Positions 10,075 to 19,463 of a DNA stretch of 64,000 bases are shown here, in pieces. The notes under the pieces are model-generated. The model worked only from the letters and a program-made list of their open reading frames with translations, had not been told where the DNA came from and did no database searches. Position 1 is the first letter of the stretch. Each line of letters begins with the position of its first letter. The translations under genes were made by a program, and so were the position numbers. Source of the DNA: Thermoleophilia bacterium UBA2241 (GTDB lineage: Bacteria > Actinomycetota > Thermoleophilia > UBA2241); contig DDYF01000060.1 of NCBI GenBank assembly GCA_002347645.1, positions 38,663-102,662 on the forward strand, given 5' to 3'.

Positions 10075-10832
10075 TGGCCGGCGGCGACCTACGCCGGACG
10101 TTCCGTCTTGACCTGGCGTATGAAGGCACGCGCTTCAAGGGATGGGCGCGCCAGCCCGGCCTGCGCACCGTCCAGGGCGTGCTCGAGGACGCGCTCGCCA
10201 CGGTCCTGCGCGAGCCCGTCGGCGTGCGCGTCGCGGGGCGGACGGACGCCGGCGTACACGCGCTCGCGCAGGTCGCTTCGTTCTCGACGATGCGCGCCGA
10301 CGTCCGTCCCGATCGCCTGTGCCTCGGCCTCAACGCTCTGCTGCCCCCGGACGTTGCCGTGAGCGCCGTCACGCCGGCGGCCTCCGGGTTCGACGCGCGC
10401 GCCGCACGTGCGCGCACCTACAGGTATCGTCTGTGGCTCTCAACGGCGCGGCCGGTGCACGAGCGCGCCTACGTCTGGAACGTGCGTGGCGAGGTCGACA
10501 GGCGACTGTTGGACGAGGCGGCGAAGGCGCTCGTCGGCAAGCGCGACTTCGCCGCCCTCACGCCGTCGGCGCGCCTCTATCACACGTGCGTGCGCGAGGT
10601 GCGGCGTGCCGTCTGGGCGCCCGGTGGCGCCGCGTCCGAGCTCGTCTTCGAGATCACCGCCGGCAGCTTCCTGCACAACATGGTCAGGGTCGCCGTCGGC
10701 TCGATGGTCGACGTGGCGCAGGGGCGGATGACGATGCAGGGATTCGCGGCCGCACTCGAGGCGGGCGAGCGGCGCGCCATGGGGCAGACGGCGCCTCCGC
10801 GTGGCTTGGCCTTGGTGGATGTCGAGTACTGA
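10074..10832 (+). CDS. truA: tRNA pseudouridine(38-40) synthase
   Basis: ATG 10074 overlaps ecfT stop; catalytic GRTDAGVHA motif, YEGTRFKGW. Confidence 0.88.
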   Translation: MAGGDLRRTFRLDLAYEGTRFKGWARQPGLRTVQGVLEDALATVLREPVGVRVAGRTDAGVHALAQVASFSTMRADVRPDRLCLGLNALLPPDVAVSAVTPAASGFDARAARARTYRYRLWLSTARPVHERAYVWNVRGEVDRRLLDEAAKALVGKRDFAALTPSARLYHTCVREVRRAVWAPGGAASELVFEITAGSFLHNMVRVAVGSMVDVAQGRMTMQGFAAALEAGERRAMGQTAPPRGLALVDVEY

Positions 10833-10900
10833 GGGTCGCCTGGGCGGGGTGCGGCGCCCGCGCGTCGCCTGCGCTTGACCCGCGTCGCCTGTGCGCGGCG

Positions 10901-12259
10901 TCAATCCCCCAGGAAGCGCGAGAGGATGCGTTCCTTCTTCTCGTCTGACGGCGGCAGGACGTAGGCCGTGCCCCCGATGTAGGCGGGCTCGCCGGCCAGC
11001 ACCCAGTGGCGGCTCTTCGCGTCGTCGGCGCGGTACTTCACCCATGCGAGCGAGAGGAGTTGCGTCGTCGTGAGGTCCGTGTCGACGCCGCTCATGATCC
11101 GCCGCCCGATGTCGGGCAGCTTCGTGAAGTTCGAGGGCTGGGCGATCTTCTTCTGCAGCGCGCGCAGGAAGCGCTGCTGGCGCTGCGCCCGCTTGAAGTC
11201 GTTGTCGGCGTGGCGGATGCGCACGTACAGCATGGCGTACTTGCCGTCGAAGTGGTGCCACCCCTTCTTGAAGGTCACCTCACGGCGATTCGCCCCGGCG
11301 ACGGTGCTGACGGTCTCGGGGACGTAGAGGTCGATACCGCCCACCGCGTTGACGATGCGCGGGAAGCCCTTGAAGTTCACCACCATGACGTGGTTGATGG
11401 GGATGCCCACGTAGTCGCCCACCGTCTGCACCGCCAGCGCGGACCCGCCCCAGAACATCGCTTCGTTGATCTTCATGGCGCCACGCCCCGGCACCTCCAC
11501 CTTGGTGTCGCGAGGGATCGAGAGTTGGTTCACCGTGTGTGCGCGGGGGTCAAAGCGAAGCAGCATGATCGTATCGGAACGGGCGGGCTCGCCGGCCTTG
11601 CTGTCGGTGCCCAGGACGAGCACGGTCGTCGCGTTCCAGAGGAGCGGACCGTCGTTCGGCGTGAGGGCGGCGCGGGTGTCGGCGTCGATCCGGTCGTTGC
11701 TCCGCGACACGGCGCGGTCGAAGCGCTTGAAGCCCGGGTACCAGATGACGGTCAGCACGACCGCGGCGACCACGAGGATCGTGAGGAGTGCAAGGGGGAT
11801 GTGCCACCAGCGGAAGCGGCGGCGGCGCCGCGGTGGCACGACGTTCTTCGGCGTGCCGCGGGTCGGCGTGCCGCCGTCCGCCGCCGTCCCTTCGGCCGAG
11901 TAGCGGCGGTACTGTCCCCCTTCGCCGGTCCGCGGCTCGCCCCAGCTGAAGCGCTCGTCTTCGGCCGCGCGCGCCGGCCGGCGGCGGTCGCCGCCGGTGC
12001 GCCGCTCGTCTTCTGGCGATCGTCCGGGACTCGTCTTCCGCCGTTCGCCGCCGGGCGCGCGCCGCTCCCGGTCGGGCGCACGGTCAGACCGGGGCTCGCG
12101 CCCCGGGCGCAGACCGGCGAGCTCATCATCGAGCGCCCGCCGGCGACCGCTGCCGCGGTAGGTCCTCTCGTAGGGCTTGCGCCCGTTGTGGTCTTCGCTG
12201 CCCATCTTGACTGTGTCTCGCCCTCCTCCGCGGACGGGTCGCGGCGCGGTGCTCGACAT
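10901..12259 (-). CDS. LytR-CpsA-Psr (LCP) family cell-envelope phosphotransferase; Arg/Glu/Pro-rich cytoplasmic N-terminus, one TM
   Basis: LCP core motifs TVLVLGTDS...RSDTIMLLRFDP...NQLSIPRDT; alternative start M18 (12208) possible. Confidence 0.8.
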   Translation of the reverse strand: MSSTAPRPVRGGGRDTVKMGSEDHNGRKPYERTYRGSGRRRALDDELAGLRPGREPRSDRAPDRERRAPGGERRKTSPGRSPEDERRTGGDRRRPARAAEDERFSWGEPRTGEGGQYRRYSAEGTAADGGTPTRGTPKNVVPPRRRRRFRWWHIPLALLTILVVAAVVLTVIWYPGFKRFDRAVSRSNDRIDADTRAALTPNDGPLLWNATTVLVLGTDSKAGEPARSDTIMLLRFDPRAHTVNQLSIPRDTKVEVPGRGAMKINEAMFWGGSALAVQTVGDYVGIPINHVMVVNFKGFPRIVNAVGGIDLYVPETVSTVAGANRREVTFKKGWHHFDGKYAMLYVRIRHADNDFKRAQRQQRFLRALQKKIAQPSNFTKLPDIGRRIMSGVDTDLTTTQLLSLAWVKYRADDAKSRHWVLAGEPAYIGGTAYVLPPSDEKKERILSRFLGD

Positions 12260-12424
12260 GGTGGATGTCTGCGGGAGATCGGGCGCGAGGCTGCTTTAGG
12301 TACGCCTCGAAGGGGGGTGAATCCTCTGCTGGTATTGTACAACGAGCCTGAGCGAGGGCGCGCGGCGGCGTGCCGCGGGCGATGCTGGGCACGGGGAGGC
12401 AGGTGGGTGACGGGCAAGCCGGAC

Positions 12425-13432
12425 ATGCGACCGAGGACGCTGGTGGTCGCCGACGTCGGCGGGACGAAGACCGCGGTGGCGGTGGTGCGCGCGCGCCCGG
12501 CGCGCGGGGACGCGGCCGCCGCGCCGCCTCCTCCCGCCGTGCTTCGCCAGAGCGTCACGCCGACCGTCCAGTCGTCGTCGGAGGCCTGTCTCGCCAGTAT
12601 CGTGGAGTGCATCGGCGCCATGGTCTCGTGGGTGGAGCGGCGCGGTGGGGGCGCGCTCGACGCCATCGCCGTGGGCACCGCTTCCATGGTCGACTTCGCC
12701 GGGGGGAGGATCGTCGCGTCGGTGAACCTGCCCCTGCGCGACGTGCCTCTGCGCGACCTGCTGAGCGATCGCTTCAGTGTGCCCGTGGCGATCGATAACG
12801 ACGCGACGGTGGCCGCGCTCGGCGAGCACGAGTTCGGCGCCGGCGCCGGCACGCGCGAGATGCTCATGCTGACCCTGGGCACGGGCGTGGGCGGTGGGAT
12901 CATCGCGGGAGGGCGGCCGTACCGCGGCGCCAGCGGTGCGGCCGGCGAGCTGGGTCACGTTCTCGTGAGCGTCGAAGGACCGCCGTGTCCGGGAGCCGGG
13001 TGCCCGAACCACGGGTGTCTCGAGGCCTACGTCTCAGGGACGGCGATGGGCGCGGCGGCGCTGGGCGAGGCACAGGCGAAGCCGGCCTCGTCCCTGGGCC
13101 GCGCCCTGCTCGCCGGCGAGCCGCTGGACGGCGCGTTGCTCACGCGGCTCGCCCTCGCCGGCGACCCGGACGCCGTCGCCCTGGTGGAGCGCACCGGCGA
13201 GTACCTCGGGGCCGGGCTCGTCACGCTGGTCAACGTGTTCAACCCGGAGGTCGTCGTGATCGGGGGCGCCGCCGCCGCCGCCGGCGAGCTTCTGTTGGCG
13301 CCGGCGCGCAGCGTCCTCGCCGCCCGTGCCCTGCGGCCACAGCGCGACGAGGCGCGCGTCGTGCCGGCCCACTTCGGCACCGACGCCGGCATCGTCGGCG
13401 CCGCCGCGCTCGCGGTCACCGAGCTCTTCTGA
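12425..13432 (+). CDS. ROK-family sugar kinase (glucokinase-like)
   Basis: N-terminal ADVGGTKT, DNDATVAALGE, zinc motif CPGAGCPNHGCLEAY; internal start of 808-aa track ORF whose 5' part overlaps the LCP gene antisense. Confidence 0.8.
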   Translation: MRPRTLVVADVGGTKTAVAVVRARPARGDAAAAPPPPAVLRQSVTPTVQSSSEACLASIVECIGAMVSWVERRGGGALDAIAVGTASMVDFAGGRIVASVNLPLRDVPLRDLLSDRFSVPVAIDNDATVAALGEHEFGAGAGTREMLMLTLGTGVGGGIIAGGRPYRGASGAAGELGHVLVSVEGPPCPGAGCPNHGCLEAYVSGTAMGAAALGEAQAKPASSLGRALLAGEPLDGALLTRLALAGDPDAVALVERTGEYLGAGLVTLVNVFNPEVVVIGGAAAAAGELLLAPARSVLAARALRPQRDEARVVPAHFGTDAGIVGAAALAVTELF

Positions 13433-13516
13433 CCGCCTTGCCGCCGCCGCCTCGCGCGCGGGTCTTGGCCGTCCAGGCGGGTCGCGGCCGCGCAAGGCGC
13501 CCGTGCGGCGTCTTGA

Positions 13517-13777
<261 letters not shown>

Positions 13778-13783
13778 CCGCCG

Positions 13784-14680
13784 TCACAGGCTCGGTGACT
13801 CTTTGGGGCCGGCCCGCTGGGCCGGCCCTTCGCATCCCACGAGCTCGGGCTCTGCCCAGGCCAGCCGTTCGGCCATGATGCGCACCGCCTCAGGGTTGTT
13901 GTCGACGAGCAGAAACCGCCGGCCCAGGCGTGCCGCGGCCTCCCCGGTCGTGCCGCTGCCGGCGAAGAAGTCAAGGACCAGGTCCCCCGGCTCGGAGTGC
14001 ACGCGCACGATGCGCTCGAGCACGCGCAGCGGCTTCTGTGTCGGGTAGCCGGTCTTCTCCTTGCCGGTCGGGCTGACGATCGTGTTCCACCAGACGTCGG
14101 TGGGGGTCTTGCCCCGGGCGGCCTTGCGCGGGCCTACGAGCGCCGGCGCCATGTAGGGGATGCGGTCGATCTCGTCGTAGCGGAACACGTACCGTCTGGG
14201 GTCACGCGCGTACCAGTAGATCACGTCGTGCTTGGCGGGCCAGCGCGTCCTCGGTCGCCCGCCGTAGTCGTACGCCCAGACGATCTCGTTGACGAACGAG
14301 GACCGGCCGAAGACCTCGTCGAGCAGCACCTTGCAGTAATGTGCCTCGCGGGGATCGATGTGGAAGAACAGCGAGCCGTCCGCGGCGAGGACGCGCCGCG
14401 CCTCGGTGAGGCGCGGCGCAAGGAAGCCCAGGTAGTCGTCGTAGGCATCTCGCCAGGCGGTCGTGCTCAGCACGTACGTGCGGTAGCGTGCCTCCTGGAA
14501 CCCCGTGCGGTCGCCCGTCTCGTCGCGCACGGTGCGTACGCGCGTGCGCCGCTGTTCGCCGCCCGTGTTGAAGGGCGGGTCGATGTAGACGAGGCGCGCG
14601 AGGCCGTCGGGCAGCGCGCGCAGGACGTCGAGGTTGTCGCCGAGGACGATGCGTCCGCCGGCCGGGGCAGCGGCCTCCAT
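13784..14680 (-). CDS. DNA methyltransferase, beta-class amino-MTase (DPPF motif IV preceding FxGSG motif I), N6-adenine or N4-cytosine
   Basis: VYIDPPFNTG ... DLVLDFFAGSGTTGEAA; 298 aa; no nuclease neighbour. Confidence 0.8.
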   Translation of the reverse strand: MEAAAPAGGRIVLGDNLDVLRALPDGLARLVYIDPPFNTGGEQRRTRVRTVRDETGDRTGFQEARYRTYVLSTTAWRDAYDDYLGFLAPRLTEARRVLAADGSLFFHIDPREAHYCKVLLDEVFGRSSFVNEIVWAYDYGGRPRTRWPAKHDVIYWYARDPRRYVFRYDEIDRIPYMAPALVGPRKAARGKTPTDVWWNTIVSPTGKEKTGYPTQKPLRVLERIVRVHSEPGDLVLDFFAGSGTTGEAAARLGRRFLLVDNNPEAVRIMAERLAWAEPELVGCEGPAQRAGPKESPSL

Positions 14681-14704
14681 GGCCGCTAGTCTACTGCGCG
14701 CCCG

Positions 14705-14893
14705 TCACGCGGCGCGCGTCGATGGAGTCTGCGCCTCTCCCTCGCCGTTGGCGGGCTGCTCGACGGGCAGCTCCAGTTCGATCTCGACGCCCCCGCAGTA
14801 CGGGCAGGTGACGAGCTCGCCGAGGTCTTCCGTGAAGTCGTCGATCTCGAAGCGCGCGCCGCAGGACGCGCACACGGGTCCGGTGCACTGCAT
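14705..14893 (-). CDS. small Zn-ribbon protein (C-x2-C-x18-C-x2-C; FmdB/LysW-like)
   Basis: MQCTGPVCASCGARFEIDDFTEDLGELVTCPYCGGVEIELELPVEQP...; strong RBS AAAGGAG; 24 nt upstream of the MTase on same strand. Confidence 0.6.
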   Translation of the reverse strand: MQCTGPVCASCGARFEIDDFTEDLGELVTCPYCGGVEIELELPVEQPANGEGEAQTPSTRAA

Positions 14894-15057
14894 GACCGCT
14901 CCTTTCCCCTCCGTCGTCAACGTTCCCCCCCGAGGCCGGGCCAACCGCCGGCGCCGTTCACGCCTCTTCGTCCGGGCGCTGTCGTGCGAGAATGGACGGG
15001 GCGAGTGTGGCGCGGCGCCCCGCCGTGGAACGGCGGCCGGCTGCGCCGGGAGGTCGT

Positions 15058-15621
15058 ATGGGCGACGGAGGCCGGCACGGGTCTCACGGCGAAGACGCGC
15101 CGGTCCGGGTCCGCGAGGGCACGATCGACGACGCGGCGGCCATGGCACGGCTCATCAACGGGGTGATCGCCGAGGGCGCGCCGGTCCTTCTGACGGGGTC
15201 GTTCTCGAACGACGAGGAGCGCGACTTCCTCGCCACGCTGTCGCCGCGCGGCGGGTTCCACGTGGTCGAGCCGCGCGCGCCCGGCGCGGCGGCGGCCGAA
15301 GCCGCGCCTGTGATCGTCGCCGCTCAGGTCTTCGCGCCGTACGCCGCGGGCATGCCCGTCCACGACCACGTCGCCGTGATGGGGACGTGGGTCGACGCCG
15401 CGTGGCGCCGCCGCGGCCTCGGCCGCGCCCTCTGGGAGCGCACTGCCGCTGTGGCGCGCGAGCGCGGCTTCACGCGGGTGTTCACCGACGTGCGCGCCGA
15501 CAACTCCGCATCGCTGGCCTTCCACCGTACTCTCGGCTTCACCGTGGCCGGCGTGGCGCGTGGGCAGGCGGTCGTCGAGGGACGCGCCTACGACGTCGTC
15601 TTCATCGAAAGGGGCCTGTAG
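15058..15621 (+). CDS. GNAT-family N-acetyltransferase
   Basis: Acetyl-CoA motif RRRGLGRALWER; start chosen at ATG 15058 with GGGAGG RBS. Confidence 0.6.
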   Translation: MGDGGRHGSHGEDAPVRVREGTIDDAAAMARLINGVIAEGAPVLLTGSFSNDEERDFLATLSPRGGFHVVEPRAPGAAAAEAAPVIVAAQVFAPYAAGMPVHDHVAVMGTWVDAAWRRRGLGRALWERTAAVARERGFTRVFTDVRADNSASLAFHRTLGFTVAGVARGQAVVEGRAYDVVFIERGL

Positions 15622-16476
15622 ATGCTGTACGTCTGCGCGACACCCATCGGCAACCTGGGGGACGTCACGCCGCGCGTGGCGGAGGCGCTCGCCAAGGTCG
15701 GGCTGATCGCCGCCGAAGACACGAGGCACACGCGCAAGCTGCTGTCCCACCTGGGGGTCCACACGCCCTTGACCAGCCTCTTCAAGCACAACGAGGCGCA
15801 GAAGACGGAGGAGGTCCTGGCCCGCCTGCGTGAAGGCCACGACGTCGCCCTTGTCACCGACGCGGGGATGCCGGGTGTGCAGGACCCCGGCATGCGTCTG
15901 GTCACGCGGGCCATCGCGGAGGGCATCGCAGTGACGGTGCTGCCGGGTCCGTCGGCGGTGCTCGCCGCGCTCGTCGCGGCCGGCCTGGAGGGCGACGGGT
16001 TCCGGTTCGTGGGCTACTTGCCACGGCGCAGGGCGGAACTCGAAGCGGCGCTCTCCGGATGGCGACGCTGCGGCGGGTTGATCGTGGCGTTCGAGACCGG
16101 GCAGCGGCTCCCGGGCGCCCTGGCCGTGCTCGCGGCCCACGCCCCGGCGTTGCGCGCCGCGGTCTGCCGCGAGCTCACCAAGCTGCACGAGGAGGTCGTG
16201 CGTGGCACGCTGCACGAGCTGAGTGCGCGGTACCCGGTGAGCAGCCCAGATGCGACCCCCCTCGCCGGCGCCGTCCGCGGCGAGATGACGCTCGTCATCG
16301 ACCTCGGGCCGGCCCAGGAGGCGACGGCGCGTGCCGCCGAGCTGGCTACCGCCGCCGCCGCGACGCTGCTGGCCCGCGGGCTGAGCAAGCGCGACACCGC
16401 GGCGGCGTTACAGGTCTGCCTCGGCGTGCGGCACCGTGAGGCGGACCGCATCGCACGCGAGGCCGCGGGGCCCTGA
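15622..16476 (+). CDS. rsmI: 16S rRNA (cytidine1402-2'-O)-methyltransferase
   Basis: Tetrapyrrole-methylase fold, [16 protein letters not shown]...[12 protein letters not shown]. Confidence 0.85.
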   Translation: MLYVCATPIGNLGDVTPRVAEALAKVGLIAAEDTRHTRKLLSHLGVHTPLTSLFKHNEAQKTEEVLARLREGHDVALVTDAGMPGVQDPGMRLVTRAIAEGIAVTVLPGPSAVLAALVAAGLEGDGFRFVGYLPRRRAELEAALSGWRRCGGLIVAFETGQRLPGALAVLAAHAPALRAAVCRELTKLHEEVVRGTLHELSARYPVSSPDATPLAGAVRGEMTLVIDLGPAQEATARAAELATAAAATLLARGLSKRDTAAALQVCLGVRHREADRIAREAAGP

Positions 16477-16522
16477 ACGGCGCGTCCAGCCGCGGCGGGG
16501 CGCCGCCGCGACGCGCGCAGCC

Positions 16523-16551
16523 TTGGGTGCCCGCCGGCGTCGCTGCTACAA
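16523..16551 (+). promoter_or_regulatory. candidate promoter TTGGGT-18nt-TACAAT
   Basis: -35 TTGGGT 16523-16528, -10 TACAAT 16547-16552 region; followed by 15-mer shared with the mfd upstream region. Confidence 0.35.
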
Positions 16552-16619
16552 TCGCCGCACCGGATGCCGGCGGCGGACCGCCCATCGCCGGTCGGCGCTC
16601 GTCGAGGTCGGAGGTGGAC

Positions 16620-17519
16620 ATGGACCTGCTCGCCGCAGTCAAGGAACGGCTACTGCTGCTCGACGGAGCCATGGGTACGGAGCTCATGAGCCGCGGCTTC
16701 GCGCCCGGCCGGCCTCCCGAGGAGTGGAACGTGACGCGTCCCGGCGACGTCGCCGCCATCCACGCCGCGTACTACGCCGCGGGGTCGGACATCGTGCAGA
16801 CGAACACCTTCGGCGGCTCGCGCCACAAGCTGGCGGCCTACGACGCCGGCGACCGGGTCGCCGAGCTCAACGAGGCCGCCGCCCGTCTCGCGGTCGCGGT
16901 CCGCGACCGCGAGTGGCCCGGCCGCCTCGTCGCCGGCGACATCGGACCGACGGGCGTCTTCGTGTCGCCCATGGGCGACGCCGACCCCGACGATCTGCGC
17001 GACGGGTTCGCCGAACAGGCCGCCGCGCTCGCCGCCGCCGCCGTCGACCTGCTGCACATCGAGACGATGTTCGACCTGGCCGAGGCGCAGCTCGCCGTCG
17101 AGGGCGCGCGGCGGGCGGCTCCGGAGCTACCGGTGGTGGTCTCGCTTGCCTACAAGCCCACGCCGCGTGGGTTCCGGACCATGATGGGAGTCGACCCGCA
17201 GGCGGCCGCCGACGCGCTGCTCGCCGCGGGGGCGACCCTTGTGGGCTGCAACTGCGAGATCACCGCCGATCAGATGGGCGAGCTGGTCGAGGAGCTGCGC
17301 GAGGCCTCGGGCAGGCCCGTGGTCGCGCAGCCCAACGCGGGGGCGCCGCGGCTGGAAGACGGCGTCACGGTCTACGACGAGACGGCCGAGCACTTCGCCG
17401 GCGTGGTGGCCGGGTTCCCCGGCCACGGGGCCGGCATCGTCGGCGGCTGTTGCGGCACGACGCCGGCCTTCATCGCCGCCCTGGCGGCGAAGCTCGGGCG
17501 CGCCTCGGACGTGGCCTGA
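16620..17519 (+). CDS. homocysteine S-methyltransferase domain protein (stand-alone Hcy-binding Zn enzyme, MmuM/BHMT/MetH-N-like)
   Basis: [32 protein letters not shown] zinc-ligand motifs. Confidence 0.8.
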   Translation: MDLLAAVKERLLLLDGAMGTELMSRGFAPGRPPEEWNVTRPGDVAAIHAAYYAAGSDIVQTNTFGGSRHKLAAYDAGDRVAELNEAAARLAVAVRDREWPGRLVAGDIGPTGVFVSPMGDADPDDLRDGFAEQAAALAAAAVDLLHIETMFDLAEAQLAVEGARRAAPELPVVVSLAYKPTPRGFRTMMGVDPQAAADALLAAGATLVGCNCEITADQMGELVEELREASGRPVVAQPNAGAPRLEDGVTVYDETAEHFAGVVAGFPGHGAGIVGGCCGTTPAFIAALAAKLGRASDVA

Positions 17520-17539
17520 CCGGCGCGCCCGTGGACGAC

Positions 17540-18340
17540 ATGGTCGTCCAGGCCTTCCTGCTCACGCTGTTCGCAGGCTTGGCCACCGCCGTCGGCAGCG
17601 TGCTCGCCCTGTTCGCGCGCCGTACGAACACGCACGTCCTGTCCATAGCTCTCGGCTTCTCCGCGGGGGTCATGATCTACGTCTCGCTGGTCGAGATCCT
17701 GGCCAAGGGGCAAGCGGCCCTGGGTGAGGAACTCGGCGCCGAGACCGGGGGGTGGGTGGCACTCCTCGCCTTCCTCGGTGGCATCGTGCTCATCGCCACC
17801 ATCGACCGCCTGGTGCCGTCGTACGAGAACCCGCACGAGGCGCACCGGGTGGAGGAGATGAGCGAACGCGTGCCGGTCGCGCCGGAGCAACGCCTCTTGC
17901 GCATGGGCGTGCTGTCGGCGCTGGCCATCGCCATCCACAACTTTCCCGAGGGCCTGGCCACCTTCGTGGCGGCCCTCGACGACACCGCTCTTGGCGTCTC
18001 GATCGCCGTCGCCGTCGCCGTCCACAACGTCCCCGAGGGCGTCGCCGTATCGGTGCCCATCTACTACGCGACCGGCAGCCGTCGCCGGGCGTTCGTCTAC
18101 TCTGCGCTGAGCGGGCTCGCCGAGCCGGCGGGTGCGCTGATCGGCTACGTCTTCCTGCGCGCCTTCATGGGACCGGTCACCATGGGGCTCACCTTCGCCG
18201 TCGTCGCCGGCATCATGGTCTACGTGTCGCTCGACGAGTTGCTGCCGACGGCGCGCGAGTACGGCGAGCACCACCTGGCGATGGGCGGCCTGTTCGCCGG
18301 CATGGCGGTGATGGGCGCCAGCCTGCTGTTCTTTCTCTGA
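17540..18340 (+). CDS. zupT: ZIP-family zinc transporter
   Basis: 8 [10 protein letters not shown] and HNVPEGVA metal-binding motifs. Confidence 0.85.
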   Translation: MVVQAFLLTLFAGLATAVGSVLALFARRTNTHVLSIALGFSAGVMIYVSLVEILAKGQAALGEELGAETGGWVALLAFLGGIVLIATIDRLVPSYENPHEAHRVEEMSERVPVAPEQRLLRMGVLSALAIAIHNFPEGLATFVAALDDTALGVSIAVAVAVHNVPEGVAVSVPIYYATGSRRRAFVYSALSGLAEPAGALIGYVFLRAFMGPVTMGLTFAVVAGIMVYVSLDELLPTAREYGEHHLAMGGLFAGMAVMGASLLFFL

Positions 18341-18359
18341 CGCCGGCCGTCAGTGCGGC

Positions 18360-18387
18360 GCCGCGTGGCGCCCTTCGGCCACGCGGT
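18360..18387. terminator. bidirectional stem-loop between convergent zupT and ureohydrolase genes
   Basis: GCCGCGTGGC-gcccttcg-GCCACGCGGT. Confidence 0.45.
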
Positions 18388-18411
18388 GGGCCGCGGCCGG
18401 CTCGGCCTAGC

Positions 18412-19374
18412 CTAGCCTGCCCGCTTCTGGAAGACAGCGCCGACCGTGTCGAGGATCAGGCGGGCGGCGTGCAGCGCTGTGAGCTGGGCCGGGGTGTCGT
18501 AGATGGGGGCCACCTCGACCATGTCCATCGCGATGACGTTCACGCGGGCGCAGACCGCGCGGATGATCGCCTTGGCCTCGTAGTAGGTGAAGCCGCCGGG
18601 CTCGGGTGTGCCCGTGCCCGGCGCGACCGCCGGGTCGAGGGCGTCGATGTCGAAGGTGAGGTAGGTGTCGACGCCGGGCTCGAGATGGGCGACAAGCTCC
18701 TCAGGCGTCATGCGTCTCGCCTGCTCGCACCAGAAGAGCCGTGCCCCGCGGCTCGTCATGCGGTCGAAGTCCATGTCGGGGCCATAGAGGCCGCGCAGGC
18801 CGAACTGGGTGATGCCGCTCAGGATTCCCTGCTCGTCGGCGCGGATCATCGGGCTACCGTGCGTGTACGGCTGCCCGCCCTCTTCCGGCCAGTAGTCGGT
18901 GTGCGTGTCGAAGTGGACGAGCTGGAAGGGCCTGCCGCCGCGGGCCGCGTGCACGGCCATGAGGCACGGCAACGTCACCGAGTGGTCGCCGCCGAGCGCG
19001 ACGGGGAAGAGGCCGGCCTCGATGATGGGGCGCAGGCGGGCGACGACCGCAGCGTGCCGCTCTTCGGGCGGCTGCGTCGGGCCGAGGATCACGTCGCCGG
19101 CGTCGACGAAGCGCACGCCGCCGAGCAGCTCGCGCGCCTTGCCCTCGCCGAGCTCGACGTCGAGGTAGGCGTCGCTGCCGGTGCGGTACGCCCAGAAGGC
19201 CGAGATGTCACGGATGCCGCGCGGCCCGAAGCGCGCGCCGCTGCGACAGGTCGTCGCCTCGTCGAAGGGGATGCCGAGGACGGCGATCTCGCCGTCGGCG
19301 AGCGTCGGGTCCTCGATGTAGGGTGCCTTGAGGAAGGTCGCGATGCCCGCGTACGGCATCTCGCCGTTGCCCAT
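18412..19374 (-). CDS. arginase/agmatinase-family ureohydrolase (agmatinase, guanidinobutyrase or similar)
   Basis: Mn-site motifs GGDHSVT, DAHTD-like HFDTHTDYW, DIDALDP. Confidence 0.8.
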   Translation of the reverse strand: MGNGEMPYAGIATFLKAPYIEDPTLADGEIAVLGIPFDEATTCRSGARFGPRGIRDISAFWAYRTGSDAYLDVELGEGKARELLGGVRFVDAGDVILGPTQPPEERHAAVVARLRPIIEAGLFPVALGGDHSVTLPCLMAVHAARGGRPFQLVHFDTHTDYWPEEGGQPYTHGSPMIRADEQGILSGITQFGLRGLYGPDMDFDRMTSRGARLFWCEQARRMTPEELVAHLEPGVDTYLTFDIDALDPAVAPGTGTPEPGGFTYYEAKAIIRAVCARVNVIAMDMVEVAPIYDTPAQLTALHAARLILDTVGAVFQKRAG

Positions 19375-19389
19375 GATGTCCTCCTCGCA

Positions 19390-19433
19390 GAGAATGACGC
19401 GGGCGGGGCTGCAGCCCCGCCCGCGTCATTCTC
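19390..19433. repeat. perfect 44-bp palindrome (22-bp arms) in the aminotransferase-ureohydrolase intergenic gap
   Basis: GAGAATGACGCGGGCGGGGCTGC|AGCCCCGCCCGCGTCATTCTC, reverse complement identical. Confidence 0.9.
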
Positions 19434-19463
19434 TCACGCGACCCCTGCGGGCCGCACGCCGGG

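Noticed and set aside
11006-13432. 808-aa track ORF as a single gene
   Set aside because: Its first ~470 codons run antisense through the LCP gene and are low-complexity. Recognisable ROK kinase sequence begins only at ATG 12425, which was taken as the start.
14705-14893. Annotating the Zn-ribbon ORF as LysW amino-group carrier protein
   Set aside because: Although the CxxCGA...LGELVxCxxCG.E.E core resembles LysW, the essential C-terminal EDWGE/acidic attachment tail is absent and no lysX/lysZ/lysY partners are nearby. The generic Zn-ribbon call is retained.
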